From Nymphaea colorata (lineage: Eukaryota): a stretch of DNA of 64,000 nucleotides. The number at the start of each line of letters is the position of its first letter. Position 1 is the stretch's first letter. Of this stretch, positions 53,713 through 64,000 are shown one piece after another. A model generated the notes under the pieces. It was not told where the DNA came from, searched no databases, and saw nothing but the letters and a program-made list of their open reading frames with translations. A program made the position numbers and the translations under genes. The DNA lies in the NCBI RefSeq assembly GCF_008831285.2, contig NC_045138.2, positions 19,158,001 through 19,222,000 on the forward strand, in the 5' to 3' direction.

Positions 53713-53962
53713 GTCTCAATCACTGCTCTAAAAAGAACGAACGACATAAATTATTTCTTATCTGTCTAGAATGAATATGTGATTATATTCAACAGCAACA
53801 CCTGCAGTCTCAATCACAGAACGATTGAAATTATTTCTTATCTGTCTGGAATATGTGATTATATTCAACACCAACACCTGCAGTCTCAATCACTACTCTG
53901 AAAAGAAAAGAGCGATTGAAAATACTTCTTATCTGCCTTGAATATGTGATTATATTCTACAA
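53713..53962. repeat. Three tandem ~76-94 bp units
   Basis: gtctcaatcac...ttcttatctg.ct.gaatatgtgattatattc.aca x3. Confidence 0.85.
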
Positions 53963-54509
53963 GGGGGTGTCTTGGAATAATTTTTTTTTTTTACTTACAT
54001 GTTGGTGCCTTTGAAAGTTTTAAATTTTTATATTTGGTATCCCGTAGCAAGAATTGTCTGGTTCCCTGCATAGAAGCCTTTATCTTTGCTTTGCCCTGAA
54101 CTTCGCCAACAATTTTAGGTTTAGAGGCGACAAGTATAAAATCTTTCCCACTTCAAAGGGCGGACCGAGACGCTAGAATTTTGACTAAAAGGTAAGGTAG
54201 TAACTATAAAACCTTGACGTTTCAGAAAGGCTGAAAGTGTCACTTATGGGTAAATGTTGGGACCAATGCACCAACTAAGTCAGAAGTGAGAACTAATAAA
54301 AAATAAAATATATAAAATTGCAGCACAATATAGAAAAATTAAAAAACAAGAAGGACGGGAAGTGAAAATTGTAAAGAAAAGAGAACACCGCCACGGTCGA
54401 CGGAATAGCAAGTGGACAAGAAAAAGAAGGAAAACGACGCCACTGAGTGAAGAGAGAGAGAAAAAGAGAGAGAGAGTTCCATAGGGACGCTCGCTCCCGC
54501 ATTGCGATT

Positions 54510-54516
54510 TATAAAT
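54510..54516 (+). promoter_or_regulatory. TATA box of family copy 3
   Basis: TATAAAT ~75 bp before the ATG at 54591, similar spacing to copy 1. Confidence 0.6.
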
Positions 54517-54590
54517 GGGAGCAACGCGAGAGGCTTTTCAACCGTCTCCTTCGGTGGCGAAAAGTAAGTTCCTCGTTATTTGCAGCGGCA

Positions 54591-54980
54591 ATGCAGCAGA
54601 GCAAAGTATTCGCAATGCTTTTGTTGCTGTCCGCCATGATGGTCAGCATCTTCCTTCTAAATGAGCTTGCCGGTGGCGCCGCGTTGACGACAGCTCCCCA
54701 ATCTCTCATCCCCGAAGAATTCGCCCTCTTGCTGCTCCTCCTTGGAATCCAAGTCGCTTTGATTGCCTCACTCGTCCCAGTCTTTCTAGGCCATCTGCTT
54801 AGGGAGACTACCGTCAGGACCTGCCTCTTCGTCTCCACCATTTCGCTTGCCTATGTGTTCCTGGCATTAACGACTACTTCCGGTGAGCAGAGCAGCGGCC
54901 ATCTTGCGCCCAGCTCCTTCAACCATTCGTGGGATCCAACTTGCTGTTCAGGGTCACCATACGGGTGCATATATCTGTAG
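54591..54980 (+). CDS. Uncharacterised small membrane protein, cluster copy 3 (129 aa)
   Basis: MQQSKVFAMLLLLSAMMVSIFLLNELAGG...PEEFALLLLLLGIQ...ASLV...GH...TCLFVSTISLA...PSSFNHSWDPTCCSGSPYGCIYL; TATA box upstream. Confidence 0.72.
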   Translation: MQQSKVFAMLLLLSAMMVSIFLLNELAGGAALTTAPQSLIPEEFALLLLLLGIQVALIASLVPVFLGHLLRETTVRTCLFVSTISLAYVFLALTTTSGEQSSGHLAPSSFNHSWDPTCCSGSPYGCIYL

Positions 54981-57900
54981 GTTGGATTTCCTTTGATGGA
55001 TCTTAATCTGCGAATGGTTTCTGCTTGTAAGAATTCAGGCGTCGTCCCTGTGTTACTCCATCCGTTGTCCGGCCGTCTCAGGCGTGTCTTTCCGTCTTTG
55101 TATGTGTTAAATTCCCCGCTGTCCGCGTCGTCCTTTGTTTTACTTTTACGACCTACTGTATCTATTGCCTATTGGAATGCATCTTGTTCTACGATTCACT
55201 TTATGCATCGAATTCATCCGTTTACTGTCTTCAGACAAGGCCGAAGCTTTGTTGATGCATTTTGGCCGCTGGGGGCAAGATTCCATATTCTAGAAATGGA
55301 TTTAAGTTCCCTTGCTCCAAAATCTATATAAAATTTTGATTTTCTGAAAACCTACTCCTGCCTCCGCTCTTGGTTGGCCCCATTCTGAACCAGAGTTCTA
55401 TCACCTCGATCTTACAGCTCAGAGACCGACTATGGTATTATGAATAGCTGGGGTTTCAATTTGGTATGAAGTTTAGTGTTCTTATCCCAATTTCGATCAA
55501 ACCCACTCCGACTATGTTAAAGTAAATTTAAATCAGATCCAAAAGTCATATTTGACGATAAAAAGGATCCAATTTGAATCACCATTCAGTTGGATTTGAT
55601 AACATTACCGCGGCAAAGCACCGTTTCGGATATTTCAAATGCAGGAAAATTTTGGCTGAAGTACTAGGGTGATGTTTTGCACTTCTATCTAATTAAGAGG
55701 TTTAACTTAAATACTTTAGGGTCGTACTTTCTGGGTAGGATGGCGTACACCTCTGGGTATTTCTGCGTTTATCACACCACTGAGTTGACATATGTTGATC
55801 AATGTTGATCAGGAGCAGAAAAAGGGTAGAATAAACTGTCGCCAGATGAAAGTCAACTTCACCAGACGCCACAGGAGCCCGACCACCGCTCAAGGGAAGT
55901 TCAAGCGTAGGAGAGTATGTATACATTCGAAAGTTCACTTTGGCTTATTCAGACAAACATACGCCATCAAGTTCGTTGTTTTGTTTTAACATTCTGAATT
56001 ATGTAGTTATCTTCTAGTTGGCTACTTTCTTATTAGTATCTAACAATACTTGCCGGAATCTCATTTTTCACCACTGAAGCGAGTGATCGTTAGGTTGCGT
56101 TTGATTTTTCATAGATCTCAGATATGAAGGGATTTTGAATTCACCTGATAAAACCGTAGAGTTCAGCATTCACCTCTAACATAGATTTTAAATCCACGAT
56201 GTAGTGTAAAAATATCTTATTAAAAAGACAAACTTCACAACTCTAAGATCCACAGTGATCTCTCATATTCGAGCTAATCTAATAAAGGCAGATCAAATTA
56301 AGCATATTTTTTATATTATTTGTGAGAAGGTAAAAGTGTAAAGGGAAAAATTGGACTTGAACCTTGAAATCGTTGCCCTTTTTGTTTTTTTTGTTTTTTT
56401 TCAGGCCGCCGATGGACATTCTCGTTCCCCGTCGCAGTCGGTGCTTCCTCACCACCTTCACCGGAAATCGGAAACTCACAGAACAAGCTTGTGCGTTCAC
56501 GACGTTCGGTTGATGAATTCGAAAAAGCAAGTGCGTAATGCCTCCGAGCACCCCCCAAGTCCCTCGCACACGACAATTAAGTCGAAATCCGCGTCAGTTA
56601 GAGCCGTCTAAAGTCGACCCAGAGAAAGAGAGGAAAATAATAATTAATTATTTGTGTGGTTGAGTAATTAAGAAGAAGGACAAAGAAAAGGAAATTAAAC
56701 AACTAAAAAAAATAGAAAGGAATGAAAAGGAAGATATAACGTAAATCGAAAAAATGAAAGAAAAGATTTATCACTTTCTATTAGATATGCCCTTTCTTTC
56801 TTCCTTTGGATGCATTTATTCAGGATGCATTTATTAATGAATAAGGTTTTACGTCATAATAACATCTTCTTTTTTTTTTTATCGAAAGTCACTTTTTATT
56901 ATCGTTCACGTAAACTATTACAACAAATAAGTTATTCAGGTTCATCTCTCTTATCTTCTCTATCTTTGTTTTTACCATAGTTCACATGCCCTTTTCTCTC
57001 TTTTCATCCAACTTTTTTTTCAAAGTAATATAAATTCTATCATTTCATTTTTTTTTGTAGTAAAAAAAAACATGATTTTAACAATTTTTTCATTTTTATC
57101 CAAACAAACTTTATAATCACTTTTTTTTTTCTCATATGATTTTAGCAATTCTTTCATTTATATCCATACAAACTTTATAATCACTTCTTTTCTTTTCTTT
57201 CATTTCCTTTTATTTTCCATTCTATTTCTGTACCCTTCTTTTCCCTTTCTTTACACCCCTTCATTTCCTCATCATCATTCCCTCCATCCAAAAAAAGCAT
57301 CAAAATTCCCCTACACTATTTTGTAATCAACCAACCAAGAATCGACCAATTTAATGCTCGAAATTTCAAGTTTTCCCCCCGGGGATTTTAAAATCTACTG
57401 GCGGTAACAGTGTTTGGTTTTGCCCCAAAATCTAGTAAACTGTTGTTGTTTGTTCATCAATTATTGATTAAGATCATTCCAAACATAATCCTAAAATGTC
57501 TTCAAGAAAAAGCACCTATTTATCAAGTTGGAAACCCACGTGTTGCATCAAAACACATGAATTGCCACCAGAAAAGAATAAGAACACATCCAGCACAGAC
57601 AACGACGTTTTTGATGAAAATCCAATCAATTTCTCAACATTTTTTTTTCTAAATCTAGTTTTAGAATCTTCTAAACCGATCTAAGACCCTTCGAGTACAA
57701 AATGAATTAAAAACCCGCATAAAATCTTGTGGATTTTGCTTTGGAATCACCGTTGCACAATTTTCAGGCAGGTTTCTAATTTTTCCTAAGCTTGGATCTG
57801 ATACTTCATTTCCAATTCTTAAGAAACGATCACAAATTATACTCAACTCAAACTATCATGCTTTCACCCCTTGCAGGTAGGGGCGATGCTAGTTTTCTTT

Positions 57901-58323
57901 TTATTTTTTTTTTTAAAATTTTAATTTCAATTTAAACGGTTAGATTTGTAACTTAATCTTATATTTTATATATTGTATTTTTTTAGCTTCTGTGACTTAC
58001 AGACGACCAGTGGCGGTTGATGTGCGCAGAGCGTCACAAAGTTTGTTTAGTTTCAAGTTAATAATTTGATATACTTGTTTTTATATGTAAGGGCCCCTAA
58101 AATCATTATTAGTTTATTAAATTAGTGCTCCCTCCAGTCGAAATTCTTGACTCCATTTGCACACATGACATGTATTCCTGATATCTTTAAGAGCCGAAGC
58201 TGTGATTTTTTAAATCAGATTTCAATTCAGACAACAAAATCTAAATAGGAATCTGAGTAGCATAAAATGAACCATCTAAATGTTATGGTCCCATACGGGA
58301 TTCAATTCGGACTTGGTACAAGT

Positions 58324-58510
58324 CAGGGGCAGGGGGGTCCGCTCGGGCCATGGCCCGGGTGAGTTCAGAAAAAAAAAATTTATATGTAAAAAATCAAATT
58401 TTTTTAATTTGGCTCAACCCGTCACTCTTGTTGGCCCTACCGTCGCTCTTCTTGGCCCAACCCACGGATGGTTTGTCCTGCCCCTAAAAAAAATTCTGGC
58501 TCCACCCCTG
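58324..58510. mobile_element. hAT-type MITE, 187 bp
   Basis: TIR CAGGGG...CCCCTG with a perfect 8-bp TSD gtacaagt (58316-58323 and 58511-58518). Confidence 0.88.
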
Positions 58511-60391
58511 GTACAAGTGCTGGGCAATCAAGTAAAGGGTTGATAGAAGCCCATTAAATCCAATGTGATGGGCAAAAGAAAGGGAAGTGACATCCGTAAT
58601 CTCTTGTTAATCAACAGTCGGATTTATGGTTTTTAAATAAGGAAACGTTTGATAGGTTCGGATATGAGATCTAAACGGAGTTCTATGGTATTGAGAATAA
58701 TATATTAGGTATTGAAAAAAAAATAGTGTTCTTTCCATCTTCGTATTAATCAAATAAAACATTTTCTTCTCACGATGTGAGGGATTCATTCAATGTGCAT
58801 GTATCATCCTTGCTAGATAGTTAAAATTTAAAAATTTGTTGCAAAAAAAGAATTACTAAACTTGCATTAACCTTGATTTATGTGTGGCAACGGCTTATAG
58901 TGACTTTAGCAACCATTTGTAATCTTTTCTATTTTTAAATTTTAAATTCACTTTTCTCTGGCGGTATAGATTGAATACACATGGGCTTCTTGTTAGCTGC
59001 ACGCAGTGAAAAAATCTTTATGAAATCTGTGTTAATGCAAGTTCTGTTGACCACATAGGATATTATAAATAACTGAGCTTCAATTTGGAAACAGGTTTAG
59101 TGTTTTTATCCCCATTTCATTTGGATCCGAGTTAACGTAAATTTGAATCAGATCTAGAAATTATATTTCATGGTAGTACGATCCGTGGGATCAGATTCCA
59201 GACATTCTTTTTTCCAGTTTTACGTTTCCTTTTATACAACAAATAAGTTTTGAAGTGTTTATCTATTATTTTAGTATTTTTCATAAAGAAGCCTATTCGT
59301 GAGTCAAGTCGGAACTTGGATTCTTCTCCGCCTCCGCTGACTCATCTAAAACCAAAACAAGAAAGATCGAAACAAACAAAAAGGCAATCCATAAGTCATT
59401 CGGCAAAAGTTGGATGAGGAAAAAGTGAAAGAGCACCGCTAAAAGAGAATTTTAATAATTCTTCGAAAACAAAGCACCAAAAATGTTGCTTTCATTTTAT
59501 GTCTTTTCGCTAATCTTCAGTTAACCTTCCCTGTTTACTCATGAAACTGCATGACTCTAGTAACAAAAAATAGAGACAAAAAAATTGTGCTTTAGTATTT
59601 CACGTGCGATGTTAGAATGTGTGAAGGATATACTACCATCAAGTATTTTGTACATTTATTAACGTCGTAGGTGGAATACCATAGCAATCAAATATGAAAA
59701 AACCTAATTGCACATATAATTAAACTTTCTTGAAACTACTCGATGTCTTTCCCTTTAAAAATCTACAAGAGACTTTGTCGTTTGCTTGAAAAGGTAGAAG
59801 GTTAATGTTATGATATAAGATTGTAAAATTTGTGACACCTACATCTTATTGGAGCTAAAACTAATAGGCTAAACCACTATGGGGAATAGTAATAAAATCT
59901 TCCTGCAATGCTCTATAGTATACATACACCCCCTCATCCAGCCATGCTGGTCCTTTTATGTCGATCAAAGTCGGAGAAGACAAAACGACAACACAACAAG
60001 TTGGAAGTTGATTATAAATTGTCGAATTTCTAACATTTGGGCGACCGAAACAGGGGAGGAAGACCAACTGAAGTCGTTGCTCAAATTGATAAAATTCTTC
60101 GCGCTCTTTTAAGAGGGAAAGATATGACGGCGCTTAAATTAATAATGTGAAATCTGCGGGATTACATAGATTACAAATATTAATTTATTTAGATACTGAT
60201 TATTCAAATTAAGAGAGAAAGGACAGAGTGTCAGTGAGAATAATCTTTGTTTGCTGATTCAGTTCAGTCCCGCTCTGAACTGAAACGTTTTAATTGGATC
60301 AATAAATGTTGGACACTGGGTCTGAACCATTTATTTCCGCCTTGCCCACCTTTAAATCCACTCCAGCCGCCTTCTGGAGGAAAAGAGGGAG

Positions 60392-60428
<37 letters not shown>

Positions 60429-63400
60429 GAGATTCTTTGCTAACGATCTTGGTGGCCTTTCGTAATCTTCTCTTCACCAACTAAATAGATTGAAAGAATC
60501 ATAGTCTTGCTTGACATTCTTGCCGATCGACCCATTTCTGGAGATTCTTTGTTGACGATCTTGGTGGCCTTTGGTAATCATTTTTCTCTTTTCTTGAACA
60601 GTTGTCGATGTCTTGTAGGTGTAGTTTCATCCCTTGTCGATTTCTTTTATGTTCTCTTCTTCTATTTGTTTGTTTGCATTAACGTTTGTAATTGGGAGAA
60701 GTCTTTGTGGATATATGAAGGAAACATGTGATACCTGTGGTTTTTTCCTGCTGCATGTGGAAGAATTATGGTTTCCAGATCAAATTTCAAGCAACGTTAA
60801 TCGTTATCTTGATGACATTTTGGATTTTCGGATTCTTTCTTTTCTAGATCGCATATTTCTCTTTCATTTTGGAGAGAAATATGCGTTTATTCACTAATGC
60901 TTCTTCTTATTTCTTCCAGATTGTGTCGGCCTACCAATTGACTTTATCATCAAGAAATAATAATCCCTATCCACAACCACAAGACATTCTTTCTCCTCAT
61001 CTAGATACTACGAAGCGAGGCAACCTTTTCTTCTTGATCGCAATGCAGCGATGGCTGATGCATCAGGTTTGATCCCCAACTTTTCATTCTTCCTATGGTG
61101 GTGATTTTGGGCGGTTCAGTGAGGTATCGTCTTTCCTTTTTGGCTGTTCTTTTTCCATTTTTGCTGGCTTATGGTGATCGTATTTATTGTAGCGAAAAAT
61201 TCTGTGGATCATGAAGAAGACTTGCATTAACTGCCTTTCTTCCAATCGCTTATCGCGTAGTTTTTCACGACAAATTTCCAGCAACATTAACCGTTTTCTT
61301 GTTGAGATTTTGCCTTTTCAAGCATTGTTTTCTCAATCTCAGATTTCTGTTTTATCTCTTGCTCAGCTAGTCAGTGAGATTGGCCAAGTTTCACCTCTTA
61401 TCGTTTATTCTCTTGATTTATTGACGATCTGTCGAAGAGACTTGCTTTTCGTGCTTTTTCCCAGTTACCTATCTGAGAATTAGGGTTCTGAGAGCTTCCT
61501 ATAACGTTGGCGGTTTTGTTAATGGGATTCGGTCTTTTCCTTTTCTCATGTTCTTGCTCAATTAATGCCGGCCTATTTCGCTTTCTTCTTTGTCTGCGGC
61601 AGTCCGTGAAATTCGACAGTAGGGATCTTCAATTTCTTTCTTTGTTATTCTTATTTCACTGTTGGAGTCACCTGTGTTTCTACGTTTACTTGTGTGAAAA
61701 TCAGGGGAAAGAAACAAGTCCCACTCAACATTGGCCATTCTCTTTATGTTATTTTCCCCTTTGTTTTTTCATGCAGCTATCAATAATAGATAGTGGATCG
61801 ATGTATACGGGTCCCTTTTTTTGGCACTTGTATTTATTATATACGTTCTACTTAATTCCTTGAACCTGAACCTCAAGCACCCTTGCGCAAAAATTCGTCG
61901 TAGGAACCCAATTTCTCCTCCCATTTCTCTGATTTTGCTTTTGCTGATCCTCTTCCATCTAGATTAGCGTCTCACGTTTGTAATGTTCTATTTTGTGTTC
62001 TATTCAATTTTCTTCTTCTTGGTATTCTTTTCCCCTAAACTATTCAAGGTATTTGCGGAGAGTGTAATTGCGGTTTCCTTTTTTCTCGTCGTCTTCTGGA
62101 GCCATATTTTTGTGCTTAGTTTATTATTACAGGGAGCTTGTCTAACAATTGTTAAATTAATTTCCTTAGCTCTTTCTTGCTGAAGGTTCCCTCTCCAGCA
62201 TGTTTTGCAATATAACTCTTGTGTTATCCCTCTATATAAGGAACCATTATGAAACAAGTTCCATGATTTGCTTCAGACTTCTTGATCTTGTGTTGTTTAA
62301 ATACTTGTTCTTGTATGGTGTGTTGCATATATCTGAAAGCTTGTACTTGAAATAATGAAAGTAGTCAGTAGGACCTTACATCACTATGTTATTTTATAGC
62401 CAACATGACGTGCATATGATCGTCTAATTATATATTTTACTAGGATCCAATTCATCTATGAACTCGTAAATTCACGTGCATGGGAAGCATTGACAAACCA
62501 CTATGAATATGCTTCCTTTGCGTAAAACGGGTCAGATGGCCCATGCTTTTGTTAAAATCTTGTGTGAAACACTAAATTTCCACAATTTCAAATTTCAAAG
62601 TTGTTTATTCATCTCCAAAAATTTCATTGGGTTTTCAAATTAGAATTTCAAGAAAAACTTTTGAATCAAATTCGAAAATTTTGATAAAAGAACTTTTAAT
62701 GATAACGAGAAACTTGATAACCGATTTCCAGCTTTTGCATCCAAGTAGTATCTAACTTGAGCATCAATGCTCTTAGCTGGATGCTGGATTTAAGTTTGTG
62801 CTTACGTCTTAAAATTCAACATTGAAATTGGACTAAAATAGAAAGTTTTTTGTGAACTTGAAATTGTGATTTGAATCCAATTATCAGTCTTAAAAACATT
62901 CAAAATTTCATACTTCTAACTTATGAATTGCATATTTTAAATTTTAATTGGATTTCACCTTTTTGGTTCAATTCCATGGGCATATTTCAATGTTAAGTTT
63001 TAATTTTTCACATTTTGTTTTAATTTATGTTTTAACCATAATTTTAGATTAACCATAATTTTGGATTCTTCAATCATATTTATAGGTTTGATCTTCCAAA
63101 ATTTTGGGTTCGTTGATGTACTTGATATCAAAAGGCTTGTTAAAATTGAAGTGCTTATTTTGTTTTTACTCGAAGATCAGTTTCACATTTCAGTCTTGAG
63201 ATTTTGACATTATGCATGAAATTAGATTTGCTTACTAACCTTATTTTTGTGATTTCTAAGCTTCACTTATTGATTTCATGTTTGAATTTAATCCAGTCAA
63301 AATTTATGTGTTTCAAATTTTAAGTCATTTTACTAATTCATCATTGAAGTCTTTTAAGTTTTGAATTTGTACATTTCATGTCCAAATTCTGATTGTGAAG

Positions 63401-64000
63401 TTTGAAGTTTAGTTTCAAATTTGAAATTTGTCTTTATTTTGTTTCTATATGATCATCTTTCAGTTTTCGTTTTTGAGGAGCGATAAAAAAGATGGTTTGC
63501 GGTTGTCAAGCTAGATGAGGATGAAAATAGAACCACATGAGGTTACACTCCCGATGGAATAAAATGTGCCTCTTAAACTGCTATGATGTAAATTAGAACT
63601 TGTCCAAGAATGGGAAATGCGTCAACCCGCCAGTTAGTGTAAGGGTGTTATGTTTTTTGTAACCTATAAATACTATTTGTCTTTCAATTTCTTCCAATTC
63701 AGATGAATTTTGATAAGTATTGCTGTTGCCTACACAGCAGTATGATAGTTTTGAGGTTTGTCAACATTTATTGATCTATCAAAACCTTTCAGAGGAAAAT
63801 TTCCTTCGTTTGTGCTGAGTACTATACGACGTTGTTGTGCTGCAGACTTGATAACTATCAAAAGCTTATTGGGTTTCAACTACACGTGGGCATTGTGCTT
63901 GCCCCCACAAAAGCCGATTCGGGCTGGCTCAATATTTGAAACCCGAGCATGGAAGCTCGGATTCCATGCTTGAAAACCCAACAGAGATCGAGCTTAACTC

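Noticed and set aside
53713..53962. CRISPR-like appearance of repeated units (also 28305-28580)
   Set aside because: Eukaryotic context; the units are whole tandem copies without unique spacers, and no cas genes are present
40415..55331. ORFs in the conserved downstream blocks (40415, 44288, 46980, 51474, 54993)
   Set aside because: Frames, starts and lengths are not maintained between copies

Overview
Flowering-plant nuclear DNA: AT-rich, intron-containing and rich in microsatellites and MITEs. The species cannot be determined from the sequence. Recognisable genes: the 5' part of MON2 (minus strand, 7 exons, running off the left edge, first intron apparently GC-AG); an intronless OVATE family protein (OFP12/16-like); ferredoxin C1 (FdC1), preceded by a truncated duplicate of its own promoter and 5' end; and a 3-exon XS-domain (SGS3-like fold) protein with long introns rich in transposon debris. 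The right half holds a tandem cluster of a family I do not recognise: three intact ~130-aa, three-hydrophobic-segment, Cys-tailed genes plus two 3'-only remnants. Mobile DNA includes a decayed Ty1/Copia element (about 7.5-10.8 kb), several hAT- and Tourist-like MITEs, and a young 2,657-bp non-autonomous Copia element with non-canonical TG...GA LTRs that has lost integrase and reverse transcriptase. Family assignments rest on recalled motifs, and no database search was run.
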